This document shows positions 25,919 through 37,983 of a stretch of DNA of 64,000 nucleotides, piece by piece. Location of the stretch: the NCBI GenBank assembly GCA_050084515.1, contig CM114271.1, positions 11,408,001-11,472,000 of the forward strand, given 5' to 3'. Each line of letters opens with the position of its first letter. Position 1 is the first letter of the stretch. Made by a program: the position numbers and the translations under genes. Origin of the DNA: Blasia pusilla. Taxonomy: Eukaryota. Under the pieces are notes generated by a model. The model ran no database searches. It saw only the letters and a list, made by a program, of their open reading frames with translations, and was not told the origin of the DNA.

Positions 25919-28900
25919 ATGACAAGGAAAAAATCTCAAGCAAACAAGTCTGGGAGCTTCACTCCCAAGTCCATGAGGACTCCTGCGTCACCATCTCCAG
26001 GGCCTCGTTCGGCCAATGAGATAAGGCAGCAAGAAATCGAGGAGCGGGAAAGGGAAGCGGAGATGCACAACCAGGAGCTTCTTGCAAAACGTGTACAGGA
26101 GGCGCTCGATAAACAGAGTGCAGAGGCTGAGGCGTCGCAGGCCTTGAAGAAAAGGATCGCCGACGAAAAGCGTTTGAACGCGTCGGTGAGGAGAGCAGAA
26201 TTGGCTAAAGAGAGGAGGGAGAAAGAAATAGCCATTGAAGAAAGCCCTGCCTGTCCAACCAAAAGTGTTGAGATGCGGGAAATGTCCCCGATGAAGTCCG
26301 GGGACACAATCAATAAAGCGGAAACGGCCGAAGTTCAAATCATGGACGATGAGGTCATGAGGGCCGCCAGCGTGGAGATGGTGGACATCGCCGAAGAAGC
26401 AGAAGAGCGGTCATCCTCGTCTCTAAGCCCGGCGGAAGAAATCAACCTCTATCGGATTGACGAGTTTCCAGTGGACTTGCCAGCTGCTCTCTCAGAGCAG
26501 TTGGCTGGTCAAGAAACCGACTCAATCTTCGAGCGGGTAAGAGAGGATCTGTGTTTTTTGAATTATGTGAAGGCCCATCTTGCAATTCATTGGCAATTCA
26601 GTGTAGCTTACTGATCTTGTCCCCATTGTGACAGGTGGTAAAGCAGATGGCACTGATGGAGGGCCACAACGCCCCAATAATTCCACTCTGCCGATTGCGG
26701 ACAATGGAGTACGTCCGTATGAAATTCAGTCTGATGAGGATATTGCGAAGCTCAAACAATCGGCGGCGACAGCATCCTACATCGACAGATTCCCTCTGTT
26801 CTATCTTCACCCTTACGATAACCATGGAACCCAAGCGCTCGTTACGGATGAGGACTTGGAATTGCTCAACACATTCTGGAGGATGAGAGATCAGGAATTC
26901 AGAAGGCAAGTAGAGGGAACGGAATTCAGTTGGATGAGAAATCTGCATTTCTTCATCTCGGATGGAAATCACAGGTTCATGGCGTGGAAAAAGTTTGCAG
27001 AGGAGCGCCCAAACTCCTTGGAGGCACATTTTTGCGTGAAGGCAGTGGTGCTTTATCCATACCCTCATCACATGGCGACGGTGGAGATGGCCATGCATGC
27101 CATGAACACATAAGTTTCTTCTTGTTGCAAACCGTCGGACTCCGACAAGTTGTTTGAGTCACCACTGTTTTTGGGATGTTTTTGGCTGAACGCAACTCGT
27201 CGGAGTCCGACGAGTTGCTCTATTGATCAATGGATTAGGATGTTTTTGGTCGAAAGCAACTCGTCGGAGTCCGACGAGTTGTTCGACTGACCATAGGACT
27301 CGACAGGCCGCATTCTTTGGATGTATTTTGAAGAAAGAAACTCGTCGGAGTCCGACGAGTTGCTCGAATCGCCGCATTTTTTGGATGTTTTTTGAAGAAA
27401 GCAACTCGTCGGACTCCGATGAGTTGTTCGACTGACCACAGGTATAGTATGTTTTTGGCCCAAAGCAACTCGTCGAAGTCCGACAAGTTGCTCGACCGGC
27501 CGCATTCTTTGGATGTATTTTGAAGAAAGCAACTCGTCGGACTCCGACGAGTTGCTCGACTCGCCGCATTTTTTGGATGTTTTTTGAAGAAAGCAACTGG
27601 TCGGACTCCGACGGGTTGCTTGACTTGAAGCTTTTTTGGAGGTTTTTTGATGTTTTTGGCCGAAAGCAACTCGTTGGAGTCCGACACGTTGCATTCAGAA
27701 GTTGGAAGCTGCATTTTTCGCGTCAAATTGCAGCTTACATTGAAATTGCGCAACCTGTCGGACTCTAACGGGTTGCTAAGTTCACTTTTGATACGGACTA
27801 TTTGACAACCCGTCGGAGTCCGACGTGTTGAAACCAGGCAATCACAAATCCGAATGTAATCCGTCGGACTCCGATGGGTTGTATAATTTAGCTCGTTGCT
27901 AGAATCCGACCTTGAGCTGTGAAGACCTGTCGAAGTCCGACGGGTTGCACGAACCCATGTACCTTACAAAATTTCTTATATTGAGTTTGGATGTGCAGGA
28001 TTGTATCGGAGGGGAATGTCACCCACCACTGGATCCAGGATTGCGATCAAGTGAAGAAAGTGCTAACAACGCACCCGGCAGAGTACAAGGGGTTCTTGGG
28101 CGACGCCCTGGTAAATGAGATGTTGGCAAAGGGTGCACAAATAAAAAACAATACTTGGGCAAATAAATTTATTTCCCAAGATGCAGCCATCACAATCCTT
28201 TGCTGGTCGAAGATACAGGCCCCCAAGAAGAGCGCTGCATTGGAGCTAGAGCGGAGGGAGAAAGTATCTGTGTCTGAGCGTGCAAAATTCATCCAAGCTG
28301 CAGTATCTGCAGCTACAAAGTACACGGCAAGCAAGATGCAGCGCTACATCGCCATTCTCAACCCCGAACTTGGTCTGGATTTTTACAAGGAGCTGAAGGC
28401 GATAATCAAGCGCTAGCGGAAAAGGGATGAAGATCTGCAAGGTCGGATTGGAGAGAAAGTGTCTCTCGATTGCGTGCATCGATTTGCCTTGTCTGGAATA
28501 AGCGAATTTAGGAGAATCCGACTGATGAAAATCAGTATCGAGGGCACAGAGGCCCAAAAGAAGGCGGCACACCATCCTCCAGGTGTCTTTGATCCAGTGA
28601 TCTCCCACTGGCTCTACAATGGTCGTTCTGGGACGCGTTGCCGCTTATCAAGAAGTCCATGCTAGACAGTCTCCAAGCGGAGCTAAAAAGAATAGAGCCC
28701 ATTCCGGAGGAAGCAAACCTGGAGAGTGCTGTAGATTTCGAACTTTGGCTCGATGACATCCGGGACAAGCCCATCAAAAACCCAGGTTTCAAGACGATGT
28801 TCAAGGATTGCATCCTCCCTCAGGCAGACCTTGATGAAGAAATCGAGGGGAAAATAGGGATTTTGCAAAGAAGAAGCGAGATCTTCAGGAGCAGGCGGCC

Positions 28901-30797
28901 GATGCAGTTCGACTAAGAGCTGCCCAACATATGGCGTTCAGGTACCTCGTCCATTATAAGAATGCAGATACCTGGGGAAAAATACCGGGAGCCTGCAAAT
29001 TGTGGGCTTCTCCGCCTGATGGAGAGACATTCTCCATGTACGACACGGAGATGGCTCAGCGCATGTCCGATTGGGAGGTGGAGAATTGCCCGATTTGGCT
29101 AGACTTCAATGACCCTGAGGACATTACCAAGAAAGATTTACGCGTGCTTTATGATGTAGTGGCCGCAGGACGGAACGACATCCCTAATTTTGTGCAGCCT
29201 GAAGACTTTTTCGAAGGAGATGCGGAAGAGCAAGCCCTCAAGATAGCGGAGTTGGCTTCCAAGGTCCACATAGCCAAAGACAAATCTACAACGGGTCTCA
29301 AAGGCAAGGCGAGGGGATCAAAGAATTCCAAGGCAGAGTCCTCCCAAAGAGAGGCTGAAGATTCAAGGCCAGAGCTGGAATCGTCCGGGCGAGCGGGGAG
29401 AGAGGGTCGGACCAGGTCCTCTGTGAAAAAAACCCCACCAGAGTCTGAGGTCATAGAGACCCCAACAAGCCGACCGTAGACTCGGGAGAAGCGGAAGCAA
29501 GAGGCGCCAGGGTTGTCCCAAGGAGAATACAGTCCATCATCCTTGGGAAGACATAGAGAAACAACAACCCGGACAAGCGTCCTCCTTCAGTTCACGAATT
29601 TACTGGATGAGCTTAAAAGTTTCAGTTCTCAAGCGTCGACACCTACCATCAACAAATTGACAACGCTAGGACGGAAGCTTCAATGAAACGGGCACACTCC
29701 TTGGACGGTCAATGGAGTGGTCGAAGAGGTGGCGGTGGATCTATTGATCGCTGATTTTCCCTCAAGGTTGCGATTGTGGGACGAGAATCCGTCGAACATG
29801 GCCCAGACTAGAATGTTCCCCTTTCTTATGACCAGATCGCGCTCCTGTTTTCCTTTGCAGACGCTTATCTGAGTACAAGGGATGCTTCTTAGTTTTTACT
29901 AGAGGGAGCGAGGATGAGCTTTTCAACCTCCAGTGCGTCAAGAGGTCGCTGAAGTGGAGGACGGCGCAATCGTAGATCATCAAGAACGAGTACCCACTCC
30001 GATCCGCGACGAGTCAAATTCGGGTAAGGCTCTATTTCTGTCTCCAGATTGTATTTCTATGATGTGTTGTTTTTGTCCGTGAGCAACCCGTCGCCTTCCA
30101 ACGGGTTGGTCATGGACAAAAACAACCAGTCGGACTCCGACAAGTTGCTCCAATGTTAGTATTATAAAGAAGTTCTCTTGAGTTAAGCGAAGTTCTTTGG
30201 TGACGTGTTGCACATTATGTCACCATACTGAGAGTAGACCAGTGGCCAAGTTGCTGACATTGTTTCCAATGTGCTTATTTACAGATGGACCACTCCTATG
30301 TTTATTGCTTCGTTCGGCCCGAGCACAACTTCCAGGTGTTTAAGATCCAGGATCATGTGGATCCATGCTCCGATGGGTATAGCTTAGATAGTTTATACAA
30401 TTCCCCCCCGGGAATTTTCATGCAAGATGGTACCCCACTACCTGGAGGAAGGGAAAAGTTGCTAGCCCTGATGCAAACGCTCATCGAGCTCTGCTCAAGG
30501 CCGGGTGACTTGGTGTTCGACTTAGTGGGCCTTTCAAGGGCGAGTATCAAAGGCGTTTGGCAGAGTGGCAAGAACATTCTCTGCCTCGAGGGAAGGCAGG
30601 AACTGTTTGACCTTTGCAAGGAGGCAAAGGCACATTACGACATGCAAGTTGAGGCGTACAACTCTCCACCGAAGTCGAGAGCTCCGGTTCCAAACCCACA
30701 ATTGGTAGTGACACCATCGTCACTTCCAACGATTCCGAAAATCGGGAGGGCAAGGCCGAAAGTAATTTTGCAAGAGCTCTCGGACGATGATGAGTGA
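25919..30797 (+). pseudogene. Transposon accessory gene: coiled coil + ParB/Srx-like domain + C-terminal beta-class amino-methyltransferase-like domain (~1200 aa). Exons ~25919-26536, 26635-27109, 27999-30023, 30285-30797
   Basis: ParB-like 'IPLCRL..EYVR(E)IQSDEDIAKLKQS...FPLFYL...FFISDGNHRFMAW' (DGNHR at 26961-26975). MTase-like motif IV 'VDLLIAD(F/L)PS' (29735-29764) and 'EKLLALMQTLIELCSRPGDLVFDLVGLS.ASI...SGKNILCLEGRQELFDLCK'. Contains stops and frameshifts; the intron 2 donor is GT>AT here but intact in copy 2. Confidence 0.75.
27125..27950. repeat. Array of ~13 copies of the 27-bp palindrome filling intron 2 of the ParB-MTase-like gene
   Basis: Variant GCAACTCGTCGGA(G/C)TCCGACGAGTTGC, mostly every ~63-66 bp. 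Confidence 0.9.
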
Positions 30798-32994
30798 GTT
30801 CAAAGAAGTCAAGGACCCAGCTTGACTACAGCGTTTGGAGTAGGGATTTATTTGATGATGAGGCAAAAGATTTCATAGAATAGATCAAAAGTACAGTTCC
30901 AAGCTTCTTTCGGATGTAATAAAGGACAATATTTTTTCGAACGATGGTGGTGTTTCTAAAAGTTTGCTGAATATCTTTTATGTCTTTTCGAATGTGATCA
31001 TCTATGTACTCCGAGGACTTCTATTTTGCAACCTGTCGGATTTCCACCGCTTGCAACTTTTCACTTTTTGACCACTGCACCTTTTTAACCACTTCCAAGC
31101 AACCTGTCGGATTCCGACAGGTTGGCTGCGTGAGTGATCGGACTCTTTCCCTGTTGATCCAACTTAAGAGGTATTCTGGCAGGCTTCTTCACTTTGGCAC
31201 CTTCCCCTAGTATCGTCAAACAAGGCGTAGGCTTCTTCTCTTCTCTCAGACGTATTGGATTCCTACTACCTGTGGGATTGCCATCATGGTATTACCAAGG
31301 ACGGAGCACATATTGATACTGGATGGGTGTCACATTGCAGAGCATACAAGATATACTGCCAAGGAAGGCGGTGGGACTCAAATCAGGTTACATGGGACCA
31401 TTATGGTGTACCTAGGGGGGCGCCAAGGCTCTCGAATTCGCCAATATTTTCGATCCCCGTCTACAATCGGCCAGAGGAGCCACTTGTATCCCAGGACATT
31501 CCTTTTGTACAAGAACCTAGGAGAGTTAGGAGTAAATTTGTAGATGACCAAGCTGAAGAAATCATAGACTAGATCAAATGTATATTTCCGAGGTTCCTTC
31601 AGAGGTAATAAAGGACGAGATTTGTTCAACCGATAATGGTGTTTGTAAAAGTTTGCTGGAAATTTCTTTTGGACTTGTGGATTGTGTTATCTTAGCTACT
31701 CATAATTACAATTTTGCAACCCGTATGATTCCGACAGGTTGCAACTTTTCGCTTTTTGCCCACTGCAACTTTTTAGCCATTTCTAGGCAAGCCATTGGCT
31801 GCTTGAGTGATCGGACTCTTTCCCTGTGAGACCAACTTCTGACACATTGTGGCGGGCTTCTTAACTTTTGGCTCGTTCCCCTACATTCGTCAAACCAGTT
31901 GTAGGCTTCTTTTCTTGTCTAAGATGTGCAGGATTCCTACTACCTATCGGATTGCCATTTCGGATTCCCAACCTGTTGGATTTTCGTGGGTGCAGGGTTG
32001 AAGGGAATCACTTCTCAAAATCTTTCCTTTCTTATGGTGAGCTTGCTTGCAATGGGTGCAAGCCATCTGATTCCGATGTGTTGCAAGAGTTGCAACCTCT
32101 AAAATTCCAATGGATTGCAAGAGTTGCAACCTGTAAAATTTCCGACGGGTTGGGAGGGGTGCAGCTTCTCGGTTTCTCAGATTTAGGATTTGAATGAAGG
32201 GACATTAGTTCCTCTTTACTCCAGACAGCTAACAATCTTTTGGTTCAATTATTGTCTCATATGTTCACATTTCACAAAGTTGGTCTTGAGCAGACACCAC
32301 TCATAACCAACAGAAAGTTGGTTATGAGGCAATTCAGGGGAGGCCATGATGCAGGGAACAATCCCTGCAAAAAGAGATGTTGGCATCGTACCGATGCGCA
32401 TTCGGGTGGTCCTCCAACAAAAATACCCATGGGCACTGCTTATTGTAGACCGAGACAGGCAATGTAAAGAAACTTAGGCCCACATGGAGAGTGATGGAAA
32501 AATGTTTGTAGTGGTCTTATGATGTCTACTTTTTTTTCACCCCCTGGAAAAAGGAGGTTTCTTTAGGCCCGAATGTGGACCACTACCTACTTTCTTCTAA
32601 AGATTTCATGAATTTGAAAGCAAACAAAAATTTGAAATATATCAAAAAGTTTTGAAGAGAGGAGGCAGATTTGGCCCTTTTTTTTTAAGAGAGACTCTCC
32701 TATCTTCCTCTCTTCCTCTCCTCTCTTACTCTCTCCTACCAGAATACCAGCCCCCCCCAAGTCCTTGCGCCCGCCACCAAGCTGGCCTGCTGGCGCTAGC
32801 TTAGGGTTTAAGGTTTAGGGCGTGTGAAGCGTTGAACTGGATCATCACCATCTTGCCAAGTCCTTGCGCCTTCAACGCCTCTCCTCCTCCACTCACACCT
32901 TCAACACCTCTCTTGCCTCGAAGCCTCGAGAATACCCATGATTCACCCGCCTCACCTCTTGCTCACTTCTTCGCTGCGCCAAACTCACATGTGA

Positions 32995-34485
32995 ATGGGA
33001 ACTTCAATTTTGATTTGCGCCACACCACAAACGCCGGCTCCACGGGAGACCAAGGTGGGAATTGGAACTTGGGTTCCGATTCTCTCCTGCACCAAAAGAG
33101 TCTACCTTGGGATAGAAAAGGGCAACAGACTGATCCCAATGGGAACTTGGGTTCCGATTGCTGTGCCACTTTGCCAACTCGCCTGAAACTTGGGCGTGTG
33201 AAAATCCTTCACCTTAAAAGAGTCCCGAATTGGAACTTCAGATCCGAATGCTCTCGGCTCACTCCGTCCTTCACAGAAGAATGAAGAAATTGGAACTGAA
33301 GTTCCAATTGCTCACTCCTCCCTCTCTGCTTCACACGCCGCGCAGCGCCTTGGTAGGGAGAGCCGCGCCCACTTGACACTTCTTGGATTGGAACTACACT
33401 TCTGATTCTTTCTCCTTCCTCTCTCGCCGCGCGTGAAGAAGAGCCGCGCCCCACTTGAGAGGCCGCGGAATAGGAACTTCAATTCCAATTCTCCTTTCCA
33501 TCCTCTAAACGCCATGCTAAAATTGAGAGTCACGCCGATTGCACTTCTTGGGTTGTGCCAAAGGAATCAAAACTTGAGTTTTGATTGCCCTCACAATCCT
33601 CTCCACCTCCCTGAAGAGAACCCACAACTGAGCAGCAGAATCAAAACTAGAGTTCTGATTGCCTCCTTCCTGTCATCTCCACCTCCCTGTAGAGAAGACA
33701 CACCACAACTTAAGAGCGGAATGGGAACCAGAGTTCCGATTGCCTCCTTCCTATCCTCTCCACCTCCCTGTAGAGAAGACCTACAGGTGAAGCGCGGAAT
33801 GGGAACTGAAGTTCCAATTGCCTCCTCACTTCACTTCACTTCACTTCCCTACGCCGCCGCACTGTGCCACGCCGTAGGCAACTGCAGTTCAAACACTCCA
33901 ATGTTTTCTAACTGAGACATAATTGGAACTTGAGTTCCAAATCCTCCTTGCTTCCTTGTCACTCCCACCGTGCCAATCTTTGCTACGCCGCGGAGATAAC
34001 CACCACGCAGTTGAACCACGCCTCGCCTCAACTGTGGTCGAAATGGAACTTGAGTTCCAAATCCCTTTTGCAGTTCCTTATCACCCTTGCTGTGCCCTTC
34101 AGATGACTCGGCCCTTGCTCTTGAATCAGAACTTAAATTTTGATTCCCATTTTGCCGCTCTGCTCCGAACTGCCTCTTGGGAGGGCTCTCTTGAATTGGA
34201 ACTTAAGTTCTCATGCCTCCCTCAACTCCACCAACTCTATGGCAACCAGTCTTAGTTACACTCCCGTAATGGCTCCAAACTAGTGACGCTAGTTCCTCCA
34301 CACTAGCAGCACCCCAAACCTTTCCAACCTTTGATTGAGGGAAAGTTGACCACGTAACCTCTTCCTTGCTTGAACCACGTTCACAAGGGAAATCGGAACT
34401 TCAGTTCCAATTGAATGAAGAGCTCTCCTCCTCCTCACTCTTTCTCACTTTCCAAACGAGGGCTATCAGAACTTAAGTTCCCATG
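32995..34485. repeat. Dispersed array (~17 copies) of a different 22-bp palindrome, AAT(T/C)GGAACT-NN-AGTTCC(A/G)ATT
   Basis: Perfect copy AATTGGAACTGAAGTTCCAATT near 33288; others near 33060, 33139, 33228, 33469, 33721, 33798, 33921, 34042 and 34392. Confidence 0.8.
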
Positions 34486-35981
34486 CCTCGCACAACAGCT
34501 CCAACACTGCTCTTCTACCCTTTCCACACTGGTGATCCGCTCATCTCAAGGAATCTACACGGCTATGGGCACTAGAAGGAAATATATGTTTTTAACACTA
34601 GGATACTTACAACTACATCCGACAACACTACATATACAACTAGTCAGACTTAAAATGCTCACATGTCCTATGTTAGTTTTATTTTACAACTAGGATGAAC
34701 TACTAGGTAATGATATGGCATTAGCATTACATTATTAATAAATTTTATTATGAGAAATTTTAATCTTATCAATTTTAAATAACGACATGTCTTACATAGA
34801 TACTAACTTAAGTTGGAAAAACTAAATGTAGTTACAACTAGTTTTAAAAAAATACTAAATAATCTATATGTGTAAGTCTAGGAATGATAATAAATTAATT
34901 TTAAAATATATTTTTAATGTAAACGACATGGATTTTATAATACTATAACTACAACTTATCTTAATCTAGTACTAGAAAATGTTAGATCACGTGGCTTAAC
35001 ATCATGCGCCAAGAAAACAAGAGTATCGTGACACTCCCACTCTTACATTCACGGGAGATTTGTTTTTATTTTTTGACGTATGATTTGAAACATATAAAGT
35101 TATAAAGTCTCCCGCACACGTACCTTGCCCAAAAGGTGGGAGTTTCTACGTACCAAGTCCTACATACAATCAGGGTCTCTGAAGGGTCAAGATTATGGGA
35201 GGGGCCAAATTGTGAAGTATACGAGCACATGGTATTGTGTTTAGGGTTTGGAATTTTGATTCCTCTCTCTCGGTATTGTGCGTGGGTAGCTCCCACGGCC
35301 ATGGATTTCTTTTGGTTTATGTGATTGTGGTGGAGGGATGGCAGTAAGATGATGGTGGATGGTGGTGGAGCACATCGCTTAGGAAGTGTAATGTGATGGA
35401 TCGTTCAAGTTTGTATTGAGGTACGTTTGCTTCTGAATGCTTGGCTTTCTCTCTATCCTATTTGAGCTCTTGGCCTTTCAGGCCCCTTTCTTCTCTTGTT
35501 CCGAGACTTCTCTTTTCCTTTCGGATTCTTTCTTCTCCTTTCCGACATTTTTCTCTGGCTAGATTTATATGTGCTCGCTGATGAGGGGATGTTGGGGCTA
35601 GGATTGTTGCGGATTCACCAATTTTCGGGAGGATTTTGTGGCAGGTCTGTGTGATAATATGATTTCACACCTCATGTGGCACCTGATCTGTGGCGTCTAC
35701 GCAAGCGAGGATCTTGCGCATGTGTAGGTGGCAGTGTCGTAAGAAGAACATGAGAGAGAGGGGATTTGCTGCGGGCGTAGTGAGATTGTTTCAAGTCCCC
35801 GAACATGAAAGTTGCTTGAGTGAGGCACAGGGTGGCGGGAAAAGAAGGCAATGCCTGTGAGTGAAGCGTGGTCTATAGCTTTGCCTAGACAAGAGATCCC
35901 AAGACTGTTATGCTTTGATTGCTTCTCCTTCAAGCCATCGTTTGTAGCATAGTCCAATCCTTGGACATGAAGGTTGCGGAA

Positions 35982-35984
<3 letters not shown>

Positions 35985-36074
<90 letters not shown>
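35985..36074. repeat. (TC)~45 microsatellite
   Basis: Perfect dinucleotide run. Confidence 0.97.
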
Positions 36075-36078
<4 letters not shown>

Positions 36079-37983
36079 ATTTCGTTGGGTTCCAAAATCT
36101 TTGAATTGTGATTCCTGAATCTTACTACAGACCCTAGCTGTTTGCCCACCTAGAATTCCAGTAGCGTTGGCCCTATTTTTCCAATCCTTGCCCATTGCCC
36201 TTGTGATCTACTCTTTTTGTGTTTCAATCTCCATAGAAGCTCAAAAATAGCTAATTGCTAGATATTACCTTCCACAAGGCTACATTGCATTTGTCGTGTG
36301 GCAGTTGCTAAGGTGCCTTGTGTCTAATTGATTATACAAGAGGCGGAACTTTGAGAGATTCATCTTGTCTAATATATAGGCATTACATTCTGGCCGTCCA
36401 CATGGATTATTTTCTTCATGGTGTTCCACTCGGCATTGTTCATCAATTCTACGAAACTTAGTTCCAAGCTGCGATCGTGGTCTCCGTAAATAAGAGTATA
36501 CTGGGTAGTTTTGCATCATCGGTGTCGCTAACAATAGTAAGCTAGGCCGAGTGGGACATCATATCAGAATCAACTTGCCACCATCGATAGGATTCTAAAA
36601 GATGAATATGAATCCCACATCACAAGTGCTCACGTAGCTCACGATTTGATTCCTAGTTTCGACACTTGAACTTGTATACCTTTTGCACTTTTGTGCAAGT
36701 TTCCAAAATTCTTTCTACTGGGTTGATTAAATAGGAGCTATTTGACTTGATAACTTTACTATATACTTCTATCTAGCCACGGCCTACAAAACATTGGTTT
36801 CCCAAGGAGGAAAAAAGGCAAAGGCTTGGTAAGCAAAAGGGATGAGTTTTTGAGATAGCATCAAAGAGGGCTGAGAAACAATGGAGAAGGATAACCAAAC
36901 GAGGCTTGAAGAGGAGGAGGAATCACTGGAACCGCTCTGGTAGGAGAAGATATAGTGGCTTATAGTGCTCCTCATGGCTATTGAGTATGTACATATGTGC
37001 CTTTGAATTAGAGAGGGTTTAGCAAAGATTTTGTTCTCCTGAATGTACCACTCAGCCCATGGGGATCCTGATCCTCATGCCTTGCCATATGAAAATGGAG
37101 TGCATGATGCTGCGTAGAGAAACACATTCTTCTAGGATGTGGGTAGTTTGTGATTCTGAATTACAGAGATCAGCTTTGCTAGAGGTTTGGTGAAGATATT
37201 ACTAAACACTTGTTAAGCGTCATTGATTGTTGACGGTGAATTGTTTCACTCAATCAGTGTTGATGTATGGTGGTCAATACAAGTTTTTAAGAAAGGCTCT
37301 AGGAGGTCCCATTGTGGCAGAACATGAAGCTTTGGCAAATCAATAGCTGGAATTAACAGCCAAATTTGAAGCATTGCAAGTAGAGCTCAAAGAAGCTTGC
37401 AAGAAGGTAAACTACACCGTTATCTGTTGTTTTAAGGAATGGTACTCCTTGGAAAGCCTACACGCTTGTGGGACCCCTCTGATCCGTGGACCTTGGCATC
37501 ACATCTGTATGGCTTTTGCACTCTTGTAGGGCTGGACTTCAAGCTTCAAGGCTTGCACACGTCTGAGATTTATTAGTCTCGGTTGGAACTAATTGTTGCC
37601 TCTTATCCATTCCATGCAGCTAGTGGAACTTCTGCCTCTTGTAAAAGAGGTGGGATGATGCAACTACAACCCTATTGATCCTGGCTTCATAGGTTTCATG
37701 TGGTTTCACAAGCATTGCAACTAGTAGTGATAGAATGCAAATTGGGAGTGAAAGTGGTCGACCTTTGCAAGAAGTACGATAGCTTGATTAGAGAGTATGC
37801 AAATGCCATCCAAAGCAAAGTAAACATGAATTGACCATCTCATGTAAGAAACTCTTACCAACAACACCAACCAACCTTTTTATTCAATTAGATTGTGCAT
37901 GTGCTTCACAAAATAGATATTGAGTATTTGGGTTAATTATATTGGTGAATGTCATGGATTACTAGAATGTAGAAGTACTTCGA

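Larger units (their letters stand above)
20076..32756. mobile_element. Full-length (~12.7 kb) Mutator-like DNA transposon with two divergent genes (copy 1)
   Basis: Left end GTGCGGTAAGAGGAGAGGAAGAGAGG, right end ...CTCTCTCCTACCAGAATACCAGCCCCCC; both match the ends of the 18112-18864 element. Imperfect ~10-bp TSD ccaagtc(c)ttg on both flanks. Encodes a DDE+SWIM transposase. Boundaries +/-2 bp. Confidence 0.85.

Noticed and set aside
27159-27768. Long ORFs with repeated 'ATRRSPTSC/QLVGVRRVA' peptides (also 47187-47894, 25123-25578)
   Set aside because: Translation artefacts of the palindrome arrays; they are open in several frames on both strands.
18112-32756. Single 14.6-kb TIR element bounded by the inverted GGGGGGCTGGTATTCTG ends
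   Set aside because: TSDs show two separate insertions (18112-18864 and 20076-32756) in opposite orientation, with Ty3 gag sequence between them.
35697-36195. ER-repeat ORFs
   Set aside because: Produced by the (TC)n microsatellite.
35028-37980. Possible LTR remnant and CACTA TnpA-like exons
   Set aside because: No boundaries, TSD or recognisable protein motif could be supported.
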